Positions 18,123 through 27,474 of a stretch of DNA of 55,713 nt are shown here, piece after piece. Every line of letters begins with the position of its first letter. Position 1 is the first letter of the stretch. The notes beneath the pieces are model-generated. The model made no database searches, was not told where the DNA came from, and saw only the letters and a list, made by a program, of their open reading frames with translations. Source of the stretch: Candidatus Methanomethylophilaceae archaeon. GTDB taxonomy: Archaea; Thermoplasmatota; Thermoplasmata; Methanomassiliicoccales; Methanomethylophilaceae. A program made the translations under genes and the position numbers. The stretch is taken from positions 1 through 55,713 of the forward strand of contig JBMNQN010000006.1 of assembly GCA_050944155.1 (NCBI GenBank), written 5' to 3'.

Positions 18123-19298
18123 TTATCTCTTGCGCTGGCGGAAGGAGACTTTCGAATCCTTCATGGTCATCACGGTTTCGGACATCTTTTTCATAAGGTC
18201 CGATACGGTTCTGACAAGGTCCCAGTCCACTTCTTTGACGTTGATGGACGTGTTCTCGAGATACAGTCTTCCGGTGACGCTGTACTTCGTCAGCCCTCCG
18301 TCGTCGTTGTACTTGGCAACATGGATGTTAAGACTCTGCGGCCTGTACACCTTGTTTATTTTGACGATCTGTTCGCCTATAATCTCGTAAAGAGCATCGG
18401 CAACGTTTTTTTCCTCGTCTTCGAGACCGCTGATCTGTATGAACAGCATGTCCCTTTCGCGACAGGCGGAAAGAACTTCGATTATGTCGAACTGGGTCAT
18501 TATGCCCACGAGGGCTTCTCCGTCCACCACGGGCAGGGTCGAAATGTTCTTTTCGATCATCAGGGCGGCGGCGTCCTTTACCGTGTCGTCCCAGTTGACG
18601 GTTATCGGTACAGTGACGCTCACGGATTCCACCGTAATCTGCGCCTTGCTCTTTTTCTGCAGATCGCCGATGGATTTCGCATCGGTTTTCCAGTTGGCGT
18701 CAATCACTTCTTTCATGCCCACGACGCCCACTACTTTGTTGGCGTCGTTTATAACGGGAACAGTCAGAGAATCCAGTCTCTTCATGATGTCCAATGCGTC
18801 GGAAAGCATGGCTTTAGCGTTCACGCTTTCGACGGGGTTTGTCATAAGTTCCCAGACCTTTATTTCGCCCAGGGCTTTTATTTCCGAGGCGGCCTTGACC
18901 AGTCCCGTTCTGGAAACCATGCCCACGAGTTTCTTTCCCGAAAGCACGGGCAGCTGTCTGCAGCAGTTTTTCACTATGTCTTCGGCTATCTCGGTCAGTT
19001 TTTCGTTCTTGGATACCGTGGGAAGGCCCCTGATCAGGCTCCTTACTTTGGTATCCAGCTTGGCGCTGCCCTTCTTGAGTACAGCGGTGTAGCTAATCAC
19101 ACCCAAATAATTTCCGTTTTCGACGACCGGTATGTCCTGATAGTTGGTATCTCTCATGACGGACAGGGCGTCGCTGAGCCGATCCTCGGGACTGACAGAG
19201 GGGAAATCCGTATCCATGATGTCATCGACGGTGATTCTGTCGATTTGGGATCTCAGCATTGCCAGTTTCTTAGGATCGTCCAGGTCTTTAACTCCCAT
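18123..19298 (-). CDS. Four-CBS protein with C-terminal HPF/RaiA-like domain (candidate ribosome hibernation factor)
   Basis: Four CBS motifs (DIPVV, QLPVL, TVPVI, TLPVV), then ~105 aa FIQISG...DWDLVRTVSDLMKKM...KR matching the HPF beta-alpha-beta-beta-beta-alpha pattern. Confidence 0.8.
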   Translation of the reverse strand: MGVKDLDDPKKLAMLRSQIDRITVDDIMDTDFPSVSPEDRLSDALSVMRDTNYQDIPVVENGNYLGVISYTAVLKKGSAKLDTKVRSLIRGLPTVSKNEKLTEIAEDIVKNCCRQLPVLSGKKLVGMVSRTGLVKAASEIKALGEIKVWELMTNPVESVNAKAMLSDALDIMKRLDSLTVPVINDANKVVGVVGMKEVIDANWKTDAKSIGDLQKKSKAQITVESVSVTVPITVNWDDTVKDAAALMIEKNISTLPVVDGEALVGIMTQFDIIEVLSACRERDMLFIQISGLEDEEKNVADALYEIIGEQIVKINKVYRPQSLNIHVAKYNDDGGLTKYSVTGRLYLENTSINVKEVDWDLVRTVSDLMKKMSETVMTMKDSKVSFRQRKR

Positions 19299-19385
19299 AA
19301 CAAAACCTCAGTTGTATTACGCTTTTTCAGACTATAAAGATTGTTTATTTCCGGCTGCATAAATTCCGAAATTCGTAACTCCGGT

Positions 19386-21095
19386 TCAGAGATCGGAGAA
19401 CTTCTTTCCGGATATCAGCCCGTTAATCGTTTCGGATACCTTTTCCGCAGGTATGCGTTTCTGGTTTCCGGTATCTCTCTCCCTTATTGTCACGGTGCCT
19501 TTCTGCGGGCCCTCCAGGGATTCGTAGTCCACCGTAACGCACCAGGGCGTTCCTATTTCGTCCATGCGGGCGTATCTTTTTCCGATGGTTCCGGACCCGT
19601 CATAATATGCTTCGGTGCGTCCCGAATGTACGGAACGGTAGATTTCTTTGGCGAGAACGTCCAATCCGTCCTTGTCCATCAGGGGAAACACTCCGACTTT
19701 GATGGGCGCCATTTCCGGCTTCAGTCTGAGAACGGAGTACCCTCTGTTTTCGTCGTAGAAATACGCATGTTCCAGAACGGAATAGAATATCCTGTCCAGT
19801 CCGTGGGACGGTTCTATGACGTGGGGAACGACTCTCTCGCCGTTGATTTTTTCCGTGACTTCGGCGGTTTCGAAGTATTCGTCCGTCACTTCGAAAGTTT
19901 CGCCTCCGACGTTCAGCGTGAGTTTACCGCCCTTAATATCCTCGGGCGCCATGGCTTCGATTGCGACGGCGATGTCTTTCGCCTTTCCTTTGAATCTGGG
20001 CCCCAGATTTTTGTGTCTGGCACGTACCTTCACGTGAGTTACTTCCCTCGGTTCGTCGAAGCTTCTGAAATGATAGAGTTCGGTCTTCGAAAACTCGGAG
20101 TGTCTGGAAAGGTCCCAGCATCCTCTGTCGGCTATTCCGGTGACTTCCGTCCATCCGTAGGAAAGTTCCACTTCCGCGTCCCAGCAGTCCGCCGCATAGT
20201 GGGCCATTTCGTCCTTAAGGTGCTGTCTGAACCTGAGCCTTGCGGGGTCTACGCCCATGCGCACGAGCATCTGTTTCGCAGTGCAGACGAAATATGCCAG
20301 TACCCTGTTGCAGATGATTCCGTTTTCCACTGATTCCTTTACGGTCATCTTTACGGTTCCGCGGCCGTCGTTGGGGACGAGAGTGAGTTCTTCGTTTTCC
20401 AGTTCGCCGAATCTTTCCCAGTCTTTGTCGTCGGGATCCACAAAGAGTTCGACTTCCATCATGTTGAACTCTCTCATCCTGATCATTCCCTGACGGGGCG
20501 AAATCTCGTTCCTGTATCCTCTTCCGGTCTGAATCACTCCCAGCGGAAGTTTTTCGCGGCCGTATCTGTACAGGTTCTGGAAGTTGACGAAAATACCCTG
20601 GGCGGTTTCCGGACGCAGATATCCCACTCTGGCGGATCCCGGGCCTATGTTCGTTTTGAACATAAGGTTGAATTCTTCCACTTTTCCGAGTTCTCCGCCG
20701 CATTCGGGACATTTTATTCCGTTTTTAACGAAAGAAGCTTCCAGTTCTTCGGGACCCAGAGTATCGGGATTCTCTTCGCAATCCTTCACCAGGTGGTCGG
20801 CTCTGAAGGGAAGACGGCATTCCGTACAGTATGTGATGTAGTCGGAAAACTCGTCCACGTGTCCGGAGGCTTTGAAAACTTCGGCGGGGTTGACGGTTTC
20901 CGAGTCGATTTCCACGAAACCTTCCCTGCCTTTGTAAATATCCCTCCAGACTTCGATTATGTTGTTTTTGAGGGAGCACCCCAGCGGGCCGTAGTCGTAC
21001 ATGCCCGCCACTCCTCCGTAAAGTTCGAAAGAAGGCCAGACGAATCCTCTCCGTCTGAGGAGTGCCATAAGTTCGCCGCTGTCTGTTTTACTCAT
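19386..21095 (-). CDS. glyS: Glycine--tRNA ligase (alpha2 type)
   Basis: YDYGPLG, FNLMF, YLRPETAQGIFVNF, RNEISPRQG, EPSHGLDRI, IGKRYARMDEIGTP. Confidence 0.96.
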   Translation of the reverse strand: MSKTDSGELMALLRRRGFVWPSFELYGGVAGMYDYGPLGCSLKNNIIEVWRDIYKGREGFVEIDSETVNPAEVFKASGHVDEFSDYITYCTECRLPFRADHLVKDCEENPDTLGPEELEASFVKNGIKCPECGGELGKVEEFNLMFKTNIGPGSARVGYLRPETAQGIFVNFQNLYRYGREKLPLGVIQTGRGYRNEISPRQGMIRMREFNMMEVELFVDPDDKDWERFGELENEELTLVPNDGRGTVKMTVKESVENGIICNRVLAYFVCTAKQMLVRMGVDPARLRFRQHLKDEMAHYAADCWDAEVELSYGWTEVTGIADRGCWDLSRHSEFSKTELYHFRSFDEPREVTHVKVRARHKNLGPRFKGKAKDIAVAIEAMAPEDIKGGKLTLNVGGETFEVTDEYFETAEVTEKINGERVVPHVIEPSHGLDRIFYSVLEHAYFYDENRGYSVLRLKPEMAPIKVGVFPLMDKDGLDVLAKEIYRSVHSGRTEAYYDGSGTIGKRYARMDEIGTPWCVTVDYESLEGPQKGTVTIRERDTGNQKRIPAEKVSETINGLISGKKFSDL

Positions 21096-21933
21096 TGAAA
21101 TTACCGATCAGGGGCTTGAGGACGTCTACGTCGTACACCATTCCTATGAGTTCGTCTTTGGAACCTCTCACGGGAATCTGTCCGAAGTCTTCGGATTTCA
21201 TCATCTTGGCGATGTCGGATACGGACGTTTTCTTGTATACCGTCGTGGGATTTTTCACCATGAAGTCGGACACCTTCTTGTTCTCGCTGAGGTGTCTGTC
21301 GGTTGCCGCGTAGAACAGGGGCAGAACGTTTCTGTATCCTGCGAGGGAGGTGTCTTCTATACCCAGGGCCTTCATCGCTTCGGGGTCTTTGGCCTGGTCG
21401 CTGAAGAGGTCTCTGTCAGTGAGTATTCCGACCAGAGTTCCCGAATCGTCCAGGACGGGAACGGCGGTGACGTCGCTGACTCTCATCGCCGATATGGTGT
21501 ACGAGAGGGGTTCGTTTTCCCAGGCGGTGACGCAGGTCGTGTTCATCGCTTCTTCGGCCGTCATCTTGCTGTCGAGAGCCCTGACGGAATCGAGAAGGTC
21601 GGTAGGGGTGACGATTCCCACGAGTTTGCCGTCTTCGGTGACGGGGAGCCTGTGGATTCTTTCCCTGAAGAAGATTTCCGCCGCAACCTCCATGGGTGCT
21701 TTGCTGTCAACGGAAATAATGTTTCTCTTCATTATGAGGGACAGCTGGTCCTCTTCGAATTTTCTGAATACATCTCTTCTGGACACCACTCCCACGAGTT
21801 TTCCGTCGGAAGATCTTACGACGGGAAGGCCCGTGAGTTTGTTTTTGACCATTATGTTTATTACGTCGTTGCGGCTGCCCGGCACTTCTGCCACTATGGG
21901 CGCAACAGTCATTATGTCTGATACCGTTTTCAT
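21088..21933 (-). CDS. Four-CBS domain protein
   Basis: TGLPVV, HRLPV, TAVPVL and GQIPV CBS motifs; overlaps the glyS start. Confidence 0.9.
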   Translation of the reverse strand: MKTVSDIMTVAPIVAEVPGSRNDVINIMVKNKLTGLPVVRSSDGKLVGVVSRRDVFRKFEEDQLSLIMKRNIISVDSKAPMEVAAEIFFRERIHRLPVTEDGKLVGIVTPTDLLDSVRALDSKMTAEEAMNTTCVTAWENEPLSYTISAMRVSDVTAVPVLDDSGTLVGILTDRDLFSDQAKDPEAMKALGIEDTSLAGYRNVLPLFYAATDRHLSENKKVSDFMVKNPTTVYKKTSVSDIAKMMKSEDFGQIPVRGSKDELIGMVYDVDVLKPLIGNFNE

Positions 21934-22373
21934 TGTTTATCAGCCTCGACGGACCTGACCACCATGACCGGACAGTGGGAAGCTCTGACGACTTTTTCGG
22001 CCACACTGCCCATGAGGAACTTGGACATACCGGTTCTGCCCAGAGTTCCCATGATAATCAGATCGTACTCTTTGGAAAGTTCAAGTATTGTTTTGACGGG
22101 AACGCCTTCTTCCAGGCGGACTTTTACGTCCACCCCCCTTTCTTTCCCCTGCTCTTCCACGTAGGAGAGAGCGGATTCCCCTTCTTTCTTGAGGGTTCTG
22201 TACACGTTCATTACGGCCGTGTCCATGGGGACGTTGGTAAAAATCGTCTGGTCAACCACATAGAGGGCGGTAACCTCTGCTTTGCACATTTCCGCAACCT
22301 CCAAGGCTTTGATGATTGCGGCTTTGGTGTATTCGCTCCCGTCCGTAGGTACCAAGATTTTATTGAAGACCAT
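21930..22373 (-). CDS. Universal stress protein (UspA family)
   Basis: [39 protein letters not shown]. Confidence 0.93.
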   Translation of the reverse strand: MVFNKILVPTDGSEYTKAAIIKALEVAEMCKAEVTALYVVDQTIFTNVPMDTAVMNVYRTLKKEGESALSYVEEQGKERGVDVKVRLEEGVPVKTILELSKEYDLIIMGTLGRTGMSKFLMGSVAEKVVRASHCPVMVVRSVEADKQ

Positions 22374-23421
22374 TTTCCGTTTCCCTTCCTTTTGCATGCC
22401 CGATGCGGATGACGGGTCCGGCGCTTTCAAGGGCACCCTCCGTACCGCCGTGTTCCGAAGGCAGAATCACAATATCGGCTTCCGTGCCGGGCTGAAGCCC
22501 GATTCTGTTACCATCATATAATATCTTTCTCCCGTTTCTGGTCATGATATTCCAGACTGCGGAAGAGTCCCCGCCCTGGGCCTCCAGTACACGGACGAAT
22601 TCCGCGGCTTCGGCGCGCATATCGGGGGCCGAAAGCATGGCGTTGTCCGTTCCGAGACAGATTTCCGCACCGCACTCCTGCATCAGCGCAAGAGGAGGAA
22701 CGATACCGAAAAAACGGTTGGATCTGGGACAGGAAACTATGGGTACGCCCGCGTCGGCGCATTTCAGAATGTCCGGTTTTCCGGCGGAAGACATGTGCAC
22801 CAGAAAATCCGGCGAAAGAGAAAGAACGGCATCTATGTCTTCCCTTTTCGCTTCGCTGGCATGGAGAGCGAAGGTTTTTCCCTTTTTTATGACGTAATCG
22901 GCAACGGATTCGGCGAATTTTACAGGTATGTCGGATATTCCCGAAAGAGCGATTCCGTCGGCGTATTCCAGTATGGCGTCTATCTCGTTGGGATCGAATT
23001 CTTCCGATTCGGGACGGCCGAGTATGAACGCTCCCGGCACCGCTTCTCTGAGCAGTCTGCTTCCTTTTACGCCGGATTCCCTGAAATCCACGAAGGTGTC
23101 GATTCCGTTTCCGTAAGACGTTTTGGCGAAATTCCGCATGTTTTCCGCCAGAGTTTCTTCGGAAGATTCCCTCAGATATCTGTGTTTCAGGCCGGAAGGC
23201 GGTGCGACCAGTTCTTCCAGGCCGATTCCTTCCGGAATCCGGAGACCTCCGTCGGCGCAGTGGGTGTGGCAGTTTACGAAGGGAAGAGAAATCAGCCCCT
23301 GTTTTTCGGGAACTCCGGGACATTTCCCCTCCGAAACCTCGGCTACGGTTCCGTTTTCGATTCCCACGTATCCTTCTATGATTCCGTAGGAAGCTGCGAC
23401 GGTTCCGGAGAAGTAACGCAT
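22360..23421 (-). CDS. Amidohydrolase-superfamily metalloenzyme (deaminase-like)
   Basis: [27 protein letters not shown]. Confidence 0.85.
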   Translation of the reverse strand: MRYFSGTVAASYGIIEGYVGIENGTVAEVSEGKCPGVPEKQGLISLPFVNCHTHCADGGLRIPEGIGLEELVAPPSGLKHRYLRESSEETLAENMRNFAKTSYGNGIDTFVDFRESGVKGSRLLREAVPGAFILGRPESEEFDPNEIDAILEYADGIALSGISDIPVKFAESVADYVIKKGKTFALHASEAKREDIDAVLSLSPDFLVHMSSAGKPDILKCADAGVPIVSCPRSNRFFGIVPPLALMQECGAEICLGTDNAMLSAPDMRAEAAEFVRVLEAQGGDSSAVWNIMTRNGRKILYDGNRIGLQPGTEADIVILPSEHGGTEGALESAGPVIRIGHAKGRETENGLQ

Positions 23422-23563
23422 GGAAACAGAGAACGCCTGATGGTATTTCCCTGTTGTCCACTTACCGTGCGGCCGTGCCGTGCACAGAAGCGTTGGTCGG
23501 GGCCCGCCCGTTCCGCGTAAACTTCAAATATTGATTTTTACTTCGTCATTTCGGTGTTTTCAA

Positions 23564-23731
23564 ATGGTAAAAATCATAGAAGACAACTGCACCGCCTGCG
23601 GTGCTTGTGAAGAAGTATGCCCCCAGGACGCAATTGTCGTCGACGACGTAGCAGTAATCGATCAGGATGCCTGCGTAGACTGCGGCGCATGCGTTGATGA
23701 ATGCCCCTCCGACGCAATCGTCGACGAGTGA
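23564..23731 (+). CDS. 2[4Fe-4S] ferredoxin, 55 aa
   Basis: CTACGACEEVCP and CVDCGACVDECP; very acidic. Confidence 0.95.
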   Translation: MVKIIEDNCTACGACEEVCPQDAIVVDDVAVIDQDACVDCGACVDECPSDAIVDE

Positions 23732-23745
23732 ATTCATCGGAAAAC

Positions 23746-23795
23746 CCGGCCTTAGGGCCGGAAAAACAATTTTTAAGCTTTTTTTTACGTTTTTG
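23746..23795 (+). terminator. GC hairpin plus T-tracts between the convergent ferredoxin and reductase genes
   Basis: CCGGCC-TTAG-GGCCGG followed by TTTTT and TTTTTTTT runs. Confidence 0.55.
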
Positions 23796-23817
23796 AAACG
23801 TTAGGGCGGGCACGTTT

Positions 23818-24753
23818 TCAGGCCCAGTACGGCTTCTTTGTGAATTTGTATGCCATGAGCACGGCGTTGGTGGCTTCTCCGCATGCCGTGATAATCTGTT
23901 TGTACTTTCCGGGATAGGCGACCACGTCTCCGCAGGCGAATATGCCGCGTCTGTTGGTCGACATGTCGGGCGTGACTTTGATCAGTCCGTCGTCCGTAAG
24001 ATCCAGGCCCCATTTTTTGAGAATGCCCAAATCGGACTTGATTCCGATGTTTATCACCGCAAGGTCTGTGGGAATATCGAAAACTCTGCCGTTCTGTTTC
24101 ACAGTTACCGATTTGAGATGGTCGGTTCCGTTGAAAGAGACGGTCTCCGCATCCATGACCGTGAGTACGTTGCTTTTTTTCAGATTCATCACGTTGACTT
24201 CGTCGGCTCTGAAATCTTTCCGTCTGTGGACTATGGTCGTGTCCGTGACGGAATCGGATATGAGGGCCATCTCTATGGCGCTGTTTCCCCCTCCGAACAT
24301 GGTGACTTTCTTTCCCACGAGCTCTTCCTTTCCCGGCAGGAGGTAAGTCACTCCTTTTCCGGCGAATTCCTCCTCCCCGGGAACTTCCATTTTACGGGGG
24401 GTGAACACACCCATCCCTATGGCTACGATTACGGATTTGGTGCGGTATTCCCCTTTGTCCGTGATTACGATCAATTCCTCTTTTCCGTCGTTGATTTCGA
24501 GAACTTTTTCTTTCTCTTTTATTTCGCATTCCAGGTTTTCCGCCTGAGCGTAGAAACGGTCGGAAAGTTTTCTGGCCTGAACGGTTTCGAAACCCGGGAA
24601 GTTGTGCACTCCCTTTTCGGGGTAAAGGCTTACCAGCTGCCCTCCGACCCGTCCGGATTCTATAATAAGGGTCTTCATCATCTTTGACCTGGCATAGATG
24701 CCTGCCGTAAGACCCGCGGGTCCGGCTCCGACGATGATAAGATCGTAAATCAT
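23818..24753 (-). CDS. TrxR-fold flavoprotein lacking CxxC, probable ferredoxin--NADP+ reductase (YumC-like)
   Basis: GAGPAG, GGQLVSLYPEK, GGGNSA, HRRKDFRA, FACGD; GVTYLLPG where TrxR has the CxxC. Confidence 0.78.
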   Translation of the reverse strand: MIYDLIIVGAGPAGLTAGIYARSKMMKTLIIESGRVGGQLVSLYPEKGVHNFPGFETVQARKLSDRFYAQAENLECEIKEKEKVLEINDGKEELIVITDKGEYRTKSVIVAIGMGVFTPRKMEVPGEEEFAGKGVTYLLPGKEELVGKKVTMFGGGNSAIEMALISDSVTDTTIVHRRKDFRADEVNVMNLKKSNVLTVMDAETVSFNGTDHLKSVTVKQNGRVFDIPTDLAVINIGIKSDLGILKKWGLDLTDDGLIKVTPDMSTNRRGIFACGDVVAYPGKYKQIITACGEATNAVLMAYKFTKKPYWA

Positions 24754-24919
24754 CCGACTGCGCTATCAGTTATCTATATAAAAAAATGTCTGAGAATCCA
24801 GTGTACGATTTACGAAATTCGAAAAAGACCGTCGGAATACCGACGAATGACGGGTGTTTCCCGCCGGCGTACACGGCCCCGCCTCCGTTTTATTAGGTAT
24901 TTTTTATAACCGTGATGCC

Positions 24920-25297
24920 ATGTCTGAAACGGTGCAAGAAATGGAGGAGAACAATTTCGAAGGCATCCTGCTGAACATGGTTCTGGATGAGATAGACGAC
25001 TTGATCATAATCCACGATTCCGAGCACACCATCGTATGGATGAACCGTGCGGCCCTGCAGGCGTTCGGCAAAACATCCGAAGAAGTTCTGGGTATCAAGT
25101 GTTACCGTCTGTTCGGCAGAACTTCCTGCTGCGGAGACTGCAAAGTGATAAAGATGCATGGCGGACCCACCAACAGTAACAAAGTCCGCCGCATACCCGG
25201 AACGGACAAATACTATTCCTGCAGTTCCGTGCCTTACAGGAAAGACGGAAAGGTGAAACTGGTGGTCCAGCACCTGATGCCTCTGGAAAACCCATAA
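24920..25297 (+). CDS. Stand-alone PAS-domain protein with Cys cluster
   Basis: LDEIDDLIIIHDSEHTIVWMNRAA...EEVLGIKCYRLFGRTSCCGDC. Confidence 0.8.
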   Translation: MSETVQEMEENNFEGILLNMVLDEIDDLIIIHDSEHTIVWMNRAALQAFGKTSEEVLGIKCYRLFGRTSCCGDCKVIKMHGGPTNSNKVRRIPGTDKYYSCSSVPYRKDGKVKLVVQHLMPLENP

Positions 25298-25322
25298 ATA
25301 CACGGCGTACGTTCCGAGGCCC

Positions 25323-25424
25323 ATGGCAGAAATATTCTCCGAATATGCCGCTTTGATCGTCGTATCCGCAGCGTTTCTGGCGATTCTCGCGATATATAAC
25401 AGGGTAAAACACCGAACGGCATAA
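25323..25424 (+). CDS. 33-aa single-pass membrane peptide (not in the ORF track)
   Basis: MAEIFSEYAALIVVSAAFLAILAIYNRVKHRTA-TAA; GAGG just upstream; acidic N-terminus, hydrophobic core, basic tail. Confidence 0.6.
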   Translation: MAEIFSEYAALIVVSAAFLAILAIYNRVKHRTA

Positions 25425-25505
25425 GGCCGGCCTAACAGGGTACGTTACATTCCAGTTACGCCCTTCTTGATATACTTTTGATACCATTTAGAAAGCGGTG
25501 ATAAA

Positions 25506-25904
25506 ATGGTTGCCATACCCAAAGAAGTTCTTGAATTGATGAACGGCAAGGAAACGTCGAAAGTGCTTGTTACGGCCAACGCGTCCGGACAGCCCCATGC
25601 GATCGTGTGCGGAAGTTTCGGAACGATAGGTAACGACGTAATCACCGTGGGCGAAATTCTCATGAAGAGGTCCGCGGAATACATGGCGGAGAACAAGAAA
25701 GTCGCCATATTGGTTGCGGCGGGCCCCAAGGCTTACGAGATGCAGGCTACCGTAATCGGCCGCGAAGATTCCGGTGCGGATCTGGACGGACTCAACAAGG
25801 CGCTTGCGGCGGCCAATCTGAAGGCCAACGCCATTTGGAAATTCAAGGTTACCGCGGTCTACGACGAAGGCGTGGGACCCAACTCGGGCAAGAAGATAGC
25901 CTGA
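25506..25904 (+). CDS. Pyridoxamine 5'-phosphate oxidase-like split-barrel (flavin-binding) protein
   Basis: KVLVTANASGQPHAI, NKKVAILV, AYEM; GCGGTGA RBS. Confidence 0.75.
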   Translation: MVAIPKEVLELMNGKETSKVLVTANASGQPHAIVCGSFGTIGNDVITVGEILMKRSAEYMAENKKVAILVAAGPKAYEMQATVIGREDSGADLDGLNKALAAANLKANAIWKFKVTAVYDEGVGPNSGKKIA

Positions 25905-25924
25905 ACACAAAACAAACTCTTCTC

Positions 25925-25935
25925 AAACCTTTTCC
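25925..25935 (+). terminator. AAACCTTTTCC 3' motif, copy 1
   Basis: Starts 21 nt after a stop codon; identical 11-mer at 28515 and 41537. Confidence 0.5.
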
Positions 25936-25970
25936 GTTTTATTATTATATCCGCCGTAAATTCGGTATCC

Positions 25971-26213
25971 ATGGACCCGATCAAAAAGAATGCCAAAAGA
26001 GCGAAGATTGCGTTTTTCCTTTCGGCAGCTGCAGCTTTCGTCGGGCTGGGTCTTTATCTGATTGGTTACGTTCTGCCCGGAGTTCTCGTATTCATCCTGG
26101 GTCTGTCCGGAATCATAATTTCCTTTGCCGTGCTGAGAGTGGCGCTTCTTTCCGACATGATAATCGAAAGCAAAAAGGCAAAAACAAAGAAAGGAAATAA
26201 TAAAAAAGTTTGA
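25971..26213 (+). CDS. Small two-TM membrane protein
   Basis: Two hydrophobic segments with Lys-rich termini. Confidence 0.7.
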   Translation: MDPIKKNAKRAKIAFFLSAAAAFVGLGLYLIGYVLPGVLVFILGLSGIIISFAVLRVALLSDMIIESKKAKTKKGNNKKV

Positions 26214-26235
26214 ACGCTCGGATTCCGATTTTCAA

Positions 26236-26442
26236 TCAGTATCTGGTGCGTCCGCGGCGTTCCCTGTCGGCGGGGCGGTGCTTCTGGAAGCAATCCCTGC
26301 AGTACACGGGTCTGCCCTCTGTAGGCTTGAAGGGAACCTGGCAGTCGGCCCCGCAGTCCGAGCATTTCGCATCGTACATCTGTCTGGGCTCTCCCCTGTC
26401 CCTGTCGTTTCTGTATCCTCTTCTTTCTTCTCCGTAGGCCAT
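26236..26442 (-). CDS. CxxC-x17-CxxC domain protein, Arg/Gly-rich
   Basis: RQMYDAKCSDCGADCQVPFKPTEGRPVYCRDCF; GGAG RBS. Confidence 0.9.
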   Translation of the reverse strand: MAYGEERRGYRNDRDRGEPRQMYDAKCSDCGADCQVPFKPTEGRPVYCRDCFQKHRPADRERRGRTRY

Positions 26443-26557
26443 ATGTTCTACTCCTTTTTGGCATCTAATACGACTTTCCAACAATCCCTTCGGCCGTACG
26501 GTCAGCTTTATAGTATGCCTGAGCCCAACATCGGCGTTACGGATATAAAACTTCGTA

Positions 26558-27469
26558 TCAGTCCGCTCCGCCGGAGGTTCCGCAGCCGGGACAGGATTTC
26601 ATGCCTTTGTATGCAATCATCCGTTTTCCGCACTTCGGACAGACGCCGTCGTCTTCGTTTTCGTAAATTTCTTTGGTTTTCAGATCCCCGTAGGCCCACG
26701 CGATAAGTTCCGTGAGTCTGCGGGCCGCATCGGCTTCCGAAGGACCGTAGAATTCCAGGTTGTCCGTTTCGTTGTAGATTCTGATACTCATCTTCTTCAG
26801 CGCGGCAAGGACGTTGGTTTCGGTGCGTCTGCTTATTTTCTCCGAAGGGAAAACGTTTTCGCGATATCTCGCGTCTATGTATTCCGTCGATCTGTTCAGG
26901 AAACGGTTGTATGAATCTATGTCCGGACGGACGGGATCCGAGAGTATGAGATATCTTTTTTCCCCGAGTTCGGGATACCGGTTTACGATATGTTCCAGCA
27001 CCTCTTTCAAAGCCTTGCGCATATCGCCTTTCAGATATCCCATGATGCCGCGCAGCTCGTCGATGTCTTCCTTCCGTCCGAAAGCCTTCATGGTTTCGGC
27101 GGCTCTGAAGAATTCTTCTCCCCGTCTGTGTTTCAGAATGTCCATAAGTGCCGGGATTCTTTCCTCGGCCGATTCAAGAGCGTTAAGATATCCTATGCAG
27201 GCCCCTCTCACTTTTTCGGTATCGGATACGCTCATCTTTCTGATAACGTCGGCGGCGTAAGGTTCTCTCACGTCTGTTAAAAGCATCACCGTTTCCGCGC
27301 GGACGTTTTCGTTTCCGTATGAAAGATATCTGCAAATCAACGGGGCATATTCCGGTTCGTAATGCGCGGCTAGCCACCGGTCTTCCGAAATGCCTCCGGG
27401 GCGGCCGTATTCGATTTTGTCGATACCGCCCATGAAGCGCTCGAGGTATGCCGCTTTTCCGGCAGACAT
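26558..27469 (-). CDS. HEAT-repeat protein with C-terminal Zn ribbon
   Basis: ENVRAETVMLL and EKVRGACIGYL helical repeats; CPKCG...CPGCG. Confidence 0.72.
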   Translation of the reverse strand: MSAGKAAYLERFMGGIDKIEYGRPGGISEDRWLAAHYEPEYAPLICRYLSYGNENVRAETVMLLTDVREPYAADVIRKMSVSDTEKVRGACIGYLNALESAEERIPALMDILKHRRGEEFFRAAETMKAFGRKEDIDELRGIMGYLKGDMRKALKEVLEHIVNRYPELGEKRYLILSDPVRPDIDSYNRFLNRSTEYIDARYRENVFPSEKISRRTETNVLAALKKMSIRIYNETDNLEFYGPSEADAARRLTELIAWAYGDLKTKEIYENEDDGVCPKCGKRMIAYKGMKSCPGCGTSGGAD

Positions 27470-27474
27470 TGCGT

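Noticed and set aside
23500-23510. GGGCCCGCCCG identical to the tRNA-Pro 3' end (32061-32071), as a possible att site
   Set aside because: Only 11 bp and all GC; the enclosed 8.5 kb holds ordinary genes and a tRNA, with no integrase.
23818-24753. Thioredoxin reductase (trxB) call
   Set aside because: The redox-active CxxC is absent.
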